Source: Candidatus Micrarchaeia archaeon (lineage in GTDB: Archaea > Micrarchaeota > Micrarchaeia > Burarchaeales > JACRGF01). From it: 50,076 nt of DNA. The notes below the pieces were generated by a model. The model made no database searches, was not told the origin of the DNA, and was given only the letters and a program-made list of their open reading frames with translations. Positions 42,737 to 50,076 of the stretch are shown here, in pieces. The stretch is taken from contig JAWCPB010000003.1 of the NCBI GenBank assembly GCA_038870455.1, forward strand, positions 1 through 50,076. The letters run 5' to 3'. The first letter of the stretch is position 1. Every line of letters begins with the position of its first letter. Made by a program: the position numbers and the translations under genes.

Positions 42737-42857
42737 CGTCGGTTTTCACGCCCGCCTTTCTCTCTGTCTTCCCGATGTTCTTGCCGATCACAGCCGCGAG
42801 GTTACGTCCCGAATAAAGCCTACTCGCTTCGTCAGAAAACGAATGCGGGTTCGATAT

Positions 42858-42870
42858 CTTTATAAAATAT
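42858..42870 (+). promoter_or_regulatory. Putative TATA box of the XRE-regulator/mevalonate operon
   Basis: ctttataaaatat lies 20-32 nt upstream of ATG 42890. Confidence 0.45.
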
Positions 42871-42889
42871 GTCAGACTGAAATCTTCCC

Positions 42890-43576
42890 ATGAGCGAAAA
42901 GCTCGCCCTCAAGATAGCGGGCGAAATCGCGCTGTCAGACACGCCGGGCGGCACGATGAAGAAATGGAGGGAAATATTCGGCATAACGCAGGCAGAGCTC
43001 GGCGAGTTCTTGGGCATCTCGCCCTCGACAATCAGCGACTATGAGGGAGACAGGCGCAAGAGCCCGGGCATAGGAGTGGTGAAGAGGTTCATCGACGCGC
43101 TCATTAAAATAGACGCCCAGAAGGGCGGGAGCGTTGCGGCGCGGTTCAAGGAAGAGGCGCAGGAAAACTTTTTCGACGTGCACGAGTTTGCGGCGAGCAT
43201 AAGCGGAACCGATTTCGCGAAAGTCATTGAAGCAAAGCCCATCGCAAACGAAGAGCTGCTGCCGAAGAAGAAAGTTTATGGCTACACGCTCATCAACAGC
43301 ATCAAGGTCATTCTCGACATGCCGAGCACCGAGTTCCCCAAGCTGTACGGGGCGATGAGCGAGAGGGCTTTCATCTTCACTCAAGTCTCGACAGGCAGAT
43401 CGCCCATGGTGGTCATAAGAATTTCTCCCATGAAGCCAAGCATCGTAGTGCTGCACGAGCTCGATGAGAAGAACGTTGACAAGCTGGCGCTCAAGATAGC
43501 CCAGAAGGAACAGATTCCACTCCTTACGACGAGCTTGAGCTTAAAAAAGATAAGCGAGGAACTGAAAAAGATTTGA
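42890..43576 (+). CDS. XRE-family HTH transcriptional regulator with a C-terminal ~150-aa domain
   Basis: Contains [38 protein letters not shown] overlap with the HMG-CoA synthase gene. Confidence 0.75.
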   Translation: MSEKLALKIAGEIALSDTPGGTMKKWREIFGITQAELGEFLGISPSTISDYEGDRRKSPGIGVVKRFIDALIKIDAQKGGSVAARFKEEAQENFFDVHEFAASISGTDFAKVIEAKPIANEELLPKKKVYGYTLINSIKVILDMPSTEFPKLYGAMSERAFIFTQVSTGRSPMVVIRISPMKPSIVVLHELDEKNVDKLALKIAQKEQIPLLTTSLSLKKISEELKKI

Positions 43577-44628
43577 GGGATGCTTTGGCTGGCATAGTGG
43601 GTTACGGGGTCTATGTTCCCCGCTACAGGATAAAGGCCGAGGAGATAACAAAGATTTGGGGAGAGGAGGCCAGGCGCATAAAAGAGGGGCTGAGCATCTT
43701 CGAGAAAAGCGTGCCGGACCTTGACGAGGACACGGCAACGATGGCGGTCGAGGCGAGCAGGAACGCCGTTTTTCACGCAGGCATAAACGCGGGCGAGATA
43801 GGAGCGGTTTTCGTCGGAAGCGAGTCGCACCCTTACGCGGTAAAGCCGACGGCGAGCATCGTGGCCGAGGCGATCGGCGCAACGCCGCAGCTCACCGCGG
43901 CCGATTTTGAGTTCGCGTGCAAGGCAGGCACGACAGCCATCCAGTGCTGCATGGGAATGGTCGAGAGCGGAATGATTTCGTTCGGGCTGGCAGTGGGAAG
44001 CGATACCAGCCAGGGAAGACCCGGCGACGCACTCGAGTACAGCGCCGGGGCGGGCGCCGGGGCATTTATTATAGGCAAGAAGGGGGGCGTGATCGCCGAG
44101 ATAGAGGGGACTTTCTCATTCACCACCGACACGCCTGACTTCTGGAGGAGGCCGGGCGCGGACTTTCCCAGCCATGGCGGGCGATTCACGGGCGGGCCGG
44201 CTTACTTCAAGCACGTGGTGAGCGCTGCACAGGGACTGCTGCAGAAGACGGGCTTGAAGCCGGCTGACTTTGATTACGCGGTGTTCCACCAGCCGAATGG
44301 AAAGTTCCCGCTGCAGGCTGGCAGGATGCTCGGGCTGGAGGCTGGGAAGATAAGGCCGGGGCTCGTGACGCCGCTCATAGGCAACACGTACTCCGGCGCG
44401 AGCCTCATCGGCCTCGCGGCTGTGCTCGATGTCGCAAAGCCGGGCCAGCGCATCCTCGTGACTTCGTTCGGAAGCGGGGCCGGAAGCGATGCGTTCAGCA
44501 TCCGGGTCACCGATGAGATTGAAGCGAAGAGAGGGAGGGTGAAGAGCGTTGCCGCTTACATCGCCGAGAAAGAGTACATTGACTACGGCATCTACGTGAA
44601 GCACAGGAGGAAGCTGAAGAGCTTGTGA
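43573..44628 (+). CDS. Hydroxymethylglutaryl-CoA synthase, archaeal type
   Basis: Contains [31 protein letters not shown], the catalytic Cys region FEFACKAGT, and FHQPNGKF. The start is uncertain: TTG 43573 with no in-frame ATG nearby. Confidence 0.85.
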   Translation: MRDALAGIVGYGVYVPRYRIKAEEITKIWGEEARRIKEGLSIFEKSVPDLDEDTATMAVEASRNAVFHAGINAGEIGAVFVGSESHPYAVKPTASIVAEAIGATPQLTAADFEFACKAGTTAIQCCMGMVESGMISFGLAVGSDTSQGRPGDALEYSAGAGAGAFIIGKKGGVIAEIEGTFSFTTDTPDFWRRPGADFPSHGGRFTGGPAYFKHVVSAAQGLLQKTGLKPADFDYAVFHQPNGKFPLQAGRMLGLEAGKIRPGLVTPLIGNTYSGASLIGLAAVLDVAKPGQRILVTSFGSGAGSDAFSIRVTDEIEAKRGRVKSVAAYIAEKEYIDYGIYVKHRRKLKSL

Positions 44629-44638
44629 GGCGTTGACG

Positions 44639-45802
44639 ATGAGGCGGGTCGCGATTGTTGGAGTAGGGATGAGCCGGTTCGGCGAAATCTGGGAAAAGGG
44701 ATTCCGCGAGCTGATTATAGAGGCGGGCGTTGCCGCGCTCGAGGACGCGGGCATTCACGGCGAAGAGATTGACGCGCTGTACGGTGGGACGATGGCGGGA
44801 GGCAGGCTCATCGGCCAGGAGCACATCACCGCGCTCATAGCGGACTACATGGGGCTGAATCCCATTCCGGCAACGCGCGTGGAGGCAGCGTGCGCGAGCG
44901 GTGGCGTTGCGCTGCGCGCGGGGTACATGGCCGTGGCGAGCGGGCTGCACGACGTTGTTGTTGTCGGCGGAGCAGAGAAGATGACCGATGTGGGAGTGAG
45001 CGAGGCGGTGAGCGCGCTCGGCGGAGCGGGGGACCAGGAGTGGGAGCTGTTCATGGGGGCGACCTTCCCCGCGCTTTACGCGCTCATCGCGAGGCGGCAC
45101 ATGTTTGAGTACGGAACGACCGAGGAGCAGATGGCTGCCGTGAGCGTCAAGAACCACGCGAATGCGGCCAAGAACCCGTTTGCCCAGTTCAGGAAAGAAA
45201 TCAGCCTCAAGGACGTGCTGGAGAGCAAGCCTGTCGCGGCACCGCTCAAAGTGCTCGACTGCTCGCCGATAACAGACGGTGCTGCGGCGGTTATTCTCGC
45301 CCCCCTTGAGAAAGCACGCGAATACACGGACACGCCCGTGGAGATTGTTGCGAGCGGACAGGCGTCCGACGCGCTCGCGCTGCACTCGAGGAGCTCGCTG
45401 ACCACGCTGAATGCGACGGTTGGGGCTGCCCGAAAGGCGTTCGCGCAGGCGCGCCTCAAGCCATCCGACATTGATGTCGCCGAGGTGCATGACTGCTTTA
45501 CGATAGCCGAGATCATCGCGACAGAGGATATTGGATTTTTCAGGAAAGGAGAGGGAGGAAAGGCGGTCGCCGAAGGCCTCACCGCGCTGAATGGAAAAAT
45601 AAGCATAAACACGAGCGGAGGGCTCAAGGGATGCGGCCACCCGGTCGGAGCGACGGGCGTGAAGCAGGCTGTGGAGCTCACGTGGCAGCTGAGGGGAGAG
45701 GCGGGGAAAAGGCAGGTCAGCGGCGCCGAAGTGGGACTGAGCCACAATGTCGGTGGAAGCGGCGCGACCGCGGTTATCCACATTTATAGGAGGGCGGATT
45801 AG
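44639..45802 (+). CDS. Acetyl-CoA acetyltransferase (thiolase)
   Basis: Contains [13 protein letters not shown], the active Cys in [17 protein letters not shown], and [14 protein letters not shown]. Confidence 0.9.
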   Translation: MRRVAIVGVGMSRFGEIWEKGFRELIIEAGVAALEDAGIHGEEIDALYGGTMAGGRLIGQEHITALIADYMGLNPIPATRVEAACASGGVALRAGYMAVASGLHDVVVVGGAEKMTDVGVSEAVSALGGAGDQEWELFMGATFPALYALIARRHMFEYGTTEEQMAAVSVKNHANAAKNPFAQFRKEISLKDVLESKPVAAPLKVLDCSPITDGAAAVILAPLEKAREYTDTPVEIVASGQASDALALHSRSSLTTLNATVGAARKAFAQARLKPSDIDVAEVHDCFTIAEIIATEDIGFFRKGEGGKAVAEGLTALNGKISINTSGGLKGCGHPVGATGVKQAVELTWQLRGEAGKRQVSGAEVGLSHNVGGSGATAVIHIYRRAD

Positions 45803-46213
45803 ATGCGTGGAGGACTAGCGCTGAGCTGGAGAAAGATTCCAGAGAGGTACAGGCTCGAGGGAAGCAGGTGCGAAACATGCGGGACGAACTATTTTCCCTC
45901 GCGCATCGTCTGCCCAAAGTGCAGGAGGAAAGGAAAAATCGTCGATGCGTTCTTTTCCGGTGAGGGAAGGATCTATTCCTATACGACAGTGTATTCGCCT
46001 CCGGCCGGCTTCGAGCTCGCCGCGCCCTATGTGCTGGCCATCGTCGAGCTGGCCGAGGGTCCGCGCCTGACCAGCCAGATAGTCGCAAAGCATGGGGAGA
46101 TTGACATCGGCACGCCGGTGAGAGTGGTGTTCAGGAAAATACAGGAGGACGGGGCAGAGGGGCTCATCCACTACGGGTTCAAGTTCAAACCCGTTCAGGC
46201 AAAGCAGGACTAG
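45803..46213 (+). CDS. DUF35 OB-fold/zinc-ribbon protein (scaffold of the archaeal thiolase/HMGCS complex)
   Basis: Contains CETCGTNYFPSRIVCPKCRRKG followed by an OB fold (YSYTTVY...LAIVELAEGPRLTSQI). Confidence 0.85.
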   Translation: MRGGLALSWRKIPERYRLEGSRCETCGTNYFPSRIVCPKCRRKGKIVDAFFSGEGRIYSYTTVYSPPAGFELAAPYVLAIVELAEGPRLTSQIVAKHGEIDIGTPVRVVFRKIQEDGAEGLIHYGFKFKPVQAKQD

Positions 46214-46848
46214 ACCCTGACGACGTAAGTAACGCGGTAGGTTCTTTTTCCGCCTCTCACTCCGGCGAGTTTGAACGATGGCTTGAGCACATAGCCGAAG
46301 CCCGCAAGGACCTGCTGGAGGGCGCTTCTCGAGCCCACGTAGAGGTCGATGCCTTCCCTCAGCTCCTCTGTTTTCGCGATGAAAGTGCTCCTCTCCAGCG
46401 CGGCGGCGAGTTTTTTGCGCGCGCGCTCGACCGCGGCGGCGCTTCCCCTCAGCTGCAGGATGGCCTCGTAGTAGCCGCTTCTCGTCCTGCGGCAGTCGCA
46501 GCACATCGTCTCCTCCCGCTTGACGCGGGCCTCCCTCTCCACCTCGACGAAGGAAGAATCCGCCTTTACCAGCAGAATGATTTTGGCCGGCTCGCCGAAT
46601 TTTACTCTCGCCGAGATTATTTCTGCCGGGCTCCTGCACCTCGCCGTGATGAAATCGCCGAGCTCGCGCTCGGAGGCCACGCGCCACTCGCCCTTCAGCC
46701 TGAAGCGCCCGCACGCCCGACAGCGCTGGAGGATTACCTCATCCGGACAGGTCACGGATAGCGTGGCGGCAAAGCACTTCTCGCACAGGCTGCCGACGAA
46801 ATTGCGCCGCGTGTTGGTGATGCCGCAGCGTGGGCAGATTTTTTCCAT
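46210..46848 (-). CDS. nmd3: NMD3-family ribosome biogenesis protein homologue
   Basis: Four Cys pairs: CPRCG, CEKC, CRACG and CCDC. Also GYYEAILQLRG. Confidence 0.8.
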   Translation of the reverse strand: MEKICPRCGITNTRRNFVGSLCEKCFAATLSVTCPDEVILQRCRACGRFRLKGEWRVASERELGDFITARCRSPAEIISARVKFGEPAKIILLVKADSSFVEVEREARVKREETMCCDCRRTRSGYYEAILQLRGSAAAVERARKKLAAALERSTFIAKTEELREGIDLYVGSRSALQQVLAGFGYVLKPSFKLAGVRGGKRTYRVTYVVRV

Positions 46849-46939
46849 AACACCACGGGGAGGGTCAGGAGGAGCCTGGAACTGGGGAGGGGCGAAGCCC
46901 CTCCGCGGTTCGGGCCGCAGCGTGGGCAGATTTTTTCCA
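46822..46939. repeat. Perfect 26-bp direct repeat (46822-46847 and 46914-46939) duplicating the nmd3 start, flanking copy B of the structured element (46857-46913)
   Basis: gccgcagcgtgggcagattttttcca occurs twice, 92 bp apart. Between the copies lie GGGGAGGGTCAGGAGGAGCCT, the hairpin GGAGGGGC-GAA-GCCCCTCC and GGTTCGG, which resemble 2119-2177. Confidence 0.85.
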
Positions 46940-46992
46940 CGGAATGCTGAGATGGTGCAAGGTTTAAATTCATTGGCGAATTCAATCCACTC

Positions 46993-47190
46993 GTGTATGA
47001 GGAGGACGCAGCTGGCATAAACTCGGAGATGCGCTACATCACGCTCGAGCTCATGAAGCTCGCGGCCAAGAGGAACAAGCCGTTCGAACAGGTCGCCGCC
47101 GAGTTCATCACAAACGTTTATGCGGTGAGGCGGCTCATCAAGCGGCGCGTGCAGGCGAGGGGAAGAAAGCCGAGTTCTGCGAGAGAGTGA
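46993..47190 (+). CDS. Hypothetical small basic protein
   Basis: 65-aa ORF (GTG start; internal ATG at 47029). A TATA-like gtttaaatt lies at 46962-46970. No recognisable domain. Confidence 0.3.
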   Translation: MYEEDAAGINSEMRYITLELMKLAAKRNKPFEQVAAEFITNVYAVRRLIKRRVQARGRKPSSARE

Positions 47191-47197
47191 AAATTAG

Positions 47198-48994
47198 TTG
47201 GTTCTGATGGACTTCCGTTCCGAAGAGAGGGCGGTGAGGCTGACGAGAGTGCTCGTGGCGCTGCCGCCCGCGGGATTGAGCTTCCTGTACATCCTCGTTT
47301 TCGGGCTTGCCTTCGGGGTGCTCGCGGCCGCGCTGCAGGGCAAAACCGGAGTGCTCGAGCTCGCCGAAGGAGGAGGGAACGGGCTCTTCCTCATCGCCGT
47401 GCCCGCGCTGCTCAGCGCGATAACGACAACGCTGCTGAAGAGGGAGCTGGTCCTCAGGAGAGTGGCCTTCCTGGCGTTCGCAGGCTCGGTCGTGTATGCG
47501 CTGTTCTACCTCGCCTACATACTCCTCGCCCCCTACAACCTGCCGCTCGTCGGGGACGGGCGGAACCTCATCTACGTCGCTTTCGGAGTTGTGTTCTGCG
47601 TGTGGCTCGTCATCGCGCAGCTCGTGTTCGGCCTGCGCTGGTCGAGCTTCCTGTTCGCGCTCGTACAGCTGTTTTACAACGCGATAGTCCTGCTCGCCAA
47701 CAAGACGATCATGGTGGGGACCGACCCGTATTCACTGCTGGCCCGCGTGTATTTCTCCTCGCTCGCCTTCCTGGCGGCGACCTACGCCGTGTTCACGCTG
47801 CTCAACGCGCCCATGAGGAGAGCCTTCGGGGTGAGCGGAACCGAGGCCATCCGCCTCTTTCTCGCCCAGTGGATGGCCCGCAGCAAGGAAATGGAGGAGG
47901 TTTTCGAAAGCGTCGGGGAAAAGGTCAGGACGCTGCTGTCGGTCGCCGCGTTCAGGAGCAGGGGAAGGCTGCGCGCCGTCTTCGTCATCCCGTACATTCA
48001 CTTCGGGCCGTTCGGAAACCTCGGGGGAAGCGAGTTTCCCGAAATTCTCGGAAGGAGGCTCGAAAAGCTTGCGCGCGCTCCGGTCTTCGTGTTCCACGGG
48101 ACCGCCACACACGACTTCAATCCGGTGGCGAGCGGGGCCGCGGGCGAGCTCACCGCCGCCGCAAGGGAAGCGCTCGCCGGCCTGCGGTTCAACAAAGCTC
48201 GGGGGCTCTTCAGCGTGGGGCGGGCCGGCGGCAGCAGGGCGCTCGCGGTGCGGCTGAACAAAGACGCGCTCGTCTTCCTCACGCGCGCCCCGAGGACAAC
48301 CGAGGACATTGACTTCAGCCTCGGGCTGGCGCTGCGCAACCACGCGCGGGCGCTGGGTGTCAGGGAGGCCGTGGTGATTGACAGCCACAACGCGGAGACC
48401 GGCGAGATTTTCAGGATAGACAGCGGCAATCCCATTGGGTTCGAGTTCATGAAGGCGATTGAAGACGCGTTGAAGAACAGGCGGCTGGCCCCCATTAGGG
48501 CAGGGTTTGCGGCCAAGGACTTTCCGGAGGTCGGAAAGCGCGAGGGAATCGGCGGCAACGGCCTCAGGGTGGCGGCGTTCGGCTTCGGGAAAAAGACTTT
48601 CTGCCTCCTGCTGTTCGATGCCAACGGGGTGACGCCGGCGTTCAGGAGGGAACTGCTCGACCTCGCCAGGAAAAATGGCGTGGAGGCCGAGGTGGCGACC
48701 ACGGACACGCACGCGGTCAATGTAGTGAGCGGCGTGCTCAATCCCCTCGGAAAGGCCGGCAGGGAGGTCATCCTGGCAAAGACGGAGGAAGCGCTGAAGG
48801 CCGCGCTCGCGGGCATGGAGAGCGTGGAAGTCGGGATGGCCACGAGGGAGATTGAGGTGAGCGTCATCGGACCCAAGAGCGCCAGCGAGCTCATGGGAAC
48901 GCTGAACGCCATGGTCGCCATGCTGCGCATACTCCTGCCGCTCATCATACTCGCCACCGTGCTGTTCGTGCTGTGGGGCGTGACGAGGCTTTAG
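47198..48994 (+). CDS. Polytopic membrane protein with a large C-terminal soluble domain, DUF2070-like
   Basis: About 6 N-terminal TM helices. The conserved-looking core is VFVIPYIHFGPFGNLGGSEFP...VFHGTATHDFNPV...TTDTHAVN, followed by a C-terminal TM. The family assignment is from memory and unverified. ATG 47207 is an alternative start. Confidence 0.55.
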   Translation: MVLMDFRSEERAVRLTRVLVALPPAGLSFLYILVFGLAFGVLAAALQGKTGVLELAEGGGNGLFLIAVPALLSAITTTLLKRELVLRRVAFLAFAGSVVYALFYLAYILLAPYNLPLVGDGRNLIYVAFGVVFCVWLVIAQLVFGLRWSSFLFALVQLFYNAIVLLANKTIMVGTDPYSLLARVYFSSLAFLAATYAVFTLLNAPMRRAFGVSGTEAIRLFLAQWMARSKEMEEVFESVGEKVRTLLSVAAFRSRGRLRAVFVIPYIHFGPFGNLGGSEFPEILGRRLEKLARAPVFVFHGTATHDFNPVASGAAGELTAAAREALAGLRFNKARGLFSVGRAGGSRALAVRLNKDALVFLTRAPRTTEDIDFSLGLALRNHARALGVREAVVIDSHNAETGEIFRIDSGNPIGFEFMKAIEDALKNRRLAPIRAGFAAKDFPEVGKREGIGGNGLRVAAFGFGKKTFCLLLFDANGVTPAFRRELLDLARKNGVEAEVATTDTHAVNVVSGVLNPLGKAGREVILAKTEEALKAALAGMESVEVGMATREIEVSVIGPKSASELMGTLNAMVAMLRILLPLIILATVLFVLWGVTRL

Positions 48995-49002
48995 GTGGGG
49001 GA

Positions 49003-49617
49003 ATGCTCTGCAGGCTGAGCGAGAGCTTCGAAGAGTGTGTGAGCAGAGCAAAGCGCGTGTTGGCACGCGGCGGGCTCATCATCTATCCCACCGACACGCT
49101 GTACGGCATCGGGGCGAACGCGCTGGATGCCGAGGCTGTCGAAAAGGTCTTTCTGCTGAAGAGGAGGGAGGCCAAGCCCATCTCCATCCTCGTGCACGGG
49201 CTGGCGGATATCGAGAAGTACTGCGTGATTGGCGGATGGCGGAGGGAATTCCTCCAAAAAATCCTCCCGGGCCCCTACACGGTTGTGCTGGTAAAAAAAG
49301 TCGAATTCCCCCAGAGAATAAGCATGACAGAAAAAATCGGCGTGCGCGTGCCTGATCATTTTTTTGCCAGAGCGCTTTCAAAGGAGCTCGGCTTTCCCAT
49401 CACGAGCACGAGCGCCAATTTGTCTGGAAAAAAAGCTCCCGTGAGCGCTGAAGAGATTGAGGAAGAGACCGCTGGTGGCGTCGAGTTGGTCATCGATGGG
49501 GGGAGGACCGCGCACGCGAGGGAGAGCACGGTGATCGACTTGACTGGAGAAAAGCCCGTTGTGTTGAGGAAAGGGGCTGGTTACGATGAGCTCGCCGAAA
49601 TGACAACACTTATATAG
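49003..49617 (+). CDS. tsaC: L-threonylcarbamoyladenylate synthase (TsaC/YrdC/Sua5 family, single domain)
   Basis: Contains GGLIIYPTDTLYGIGANA, KRREAKPISILV, PGPYTVVL, IGVRVPDH, ITSTSANLSG and STVIDLT. Confidence 0.85.
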   Translation: MLCRLSESFEECVSRAKRVLARGGLIIYPTDTLYGIGANALDAEAVEKVFLLKRREAKPISILVHGLADIEKYCVIGGWRREFLQKILPGPYTVVLVKKVEFPQRISMTEKIGVRVPDHFFARALSKELGFPITSTSANLSGKKAPVSAEEIEEETAGGVELVIDGGRTAHARESTVIDLTGEKPVVLRKGAGYDELAEMTTLI

Positions 49618-49754
49618 AACATTGAGCTTACTTGCTGTGTGTTCCTCTTTCAGCTGATGCAAGCAACGAAACGCGGGCCTCAAGAAGTCGCCCGTCTGCT
49701 TGACCCAAAAAACAAATACAATCTTGAAATAACGCTCAAATCGCCAACCTGATT

Positions 49755-49967
49755 GTGAAGGCTGGCAAGACGAAAGAGCTTGACAACTTTCGCAAAGCGC
49801 TCGAGGAAATCGCAAAACTAGATGCGTTATATGCGCTGGAAAACGAGAATATTGCGAAGTTGTTTGTTGAAAAACCGGAAATGGTTGTTAAAGCGTTTGA
49901 GAGGATAGCGGAATTTGCAGGGAAAGAGGCCTTCTGGGGGCTTGGGAGTTTAACATTACATCCATGA
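49755..49967 (+). CDS. Hypothetical ORF in a lower-GC tail; coding-like sequence continues in the same frame after its TGA
   Basis: 70-aa ORF with a GTG start. After TGA 49965-49967 the same frame reads ...LDGANTQKWGPADVVVLGGHGEPQRIQLGAG to the window edge. Confidence 0.3.
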   Translation: MKAGKTKELDNFRKALEEIAKLDALYALENENIAKLFVEKPEMVVKAFERIAEFAGKEAFWGLGSLTLHP

Positions 49968-50076
49968 GGAAGAATTTTTGCATTGGATGGAGCAAATACA
50001 CAAAAGTGGGGGCCGGCGGATGTTGTCGTGCTGGGCGGGCATGGGGAACCGCAAAGGATTCAATTGGGGGCTGGTG

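Noticed and set aside
49965-49967. In-frame TGA as selenocysteine or programmed read-through.
   Set aside because: No SECIS-like structure or Sec-related context could be recognised, and the segment is truncated by the window. A pseudogene or a new start are simpler explanations.

Overview
High-GC archaeal chromosomal segment. Archaeal identity is supported by TFB, ribosomal protein S8e, an Sm protein, Cgi121, NMD3, Trm1, archaeal-type PPAT, the thiolase/HMG-CoA synthase/DUF35 trio, BHB-intron tRNAs, and A/T-rich TATA boxes about 25 nt upstream of many start codons. Coding density is very high and many adjacent genes overlap by ATGA/GTGA. Left to right: TatD (partial), NYN, Sm and ACT genes. 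Then a tRNA-Ala(GGC) with two non-canonical introns and a tRNA-Val(GAC), separated by a structured repeat spacer. Then a large Cys-containing repeat surface protein and CutA. Next is an Epd/Tad-like type IV filament core operon (ATPase plus split TadB/TadC platform) headed by a wHTH coiled-coil protein and facing a 4x wHTH protein. Then Cgi121, S8e and thioredoxin. A complete histidine operon follows, headed by a full-length hisS and containing a HAD phosphatase (hisS-hisD-hisC-HAD-hisB-hisG-hisH-hisA-hisF-hisIE). Then a Zn-ribbon/unknown/KaiC-like/trpS unit, a PPAT-NTPase fusion, trpG, trpE, DUF357, aroA, trm1, a decayed GT2 remnant and TFB. The most interesting region is 30.8-42.1 kb. It holds a GT-C glycosyltransferase and a GT2-methyltransferase fusion, coupled to a 113-aa Sec-signal helix-loop-helix protein with VirB2/TrbC (CedA1/TedC-like) pilin architecture. 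Downstream are a 2-TM protein, a VirB4/TrbE-like DEAW-box ATPase, a Zn-ribbon membrane protein, a coiled-coil wHTH protein and an 876-aa bitopic membrane protein. This looks like a chromosomal conjugation-like (Ced/Ted/T4SS-type) pilus or DNA-transfer module without relaxase, coupling protein or integrase in the window. It is followed by GT2 and GT4 genes, a glycine-zipper membrane protein, an XRE regulator, mevalonate-entry genes, NMD3, a DUF2070-like membrane protein and TsaC/Sua5. The last ~450 nt look lower in GC. No rRNA, CRISPR array, transposase or integrase was seen. All functional calls rest on motif and architecture recognition by eye; no database search was run.
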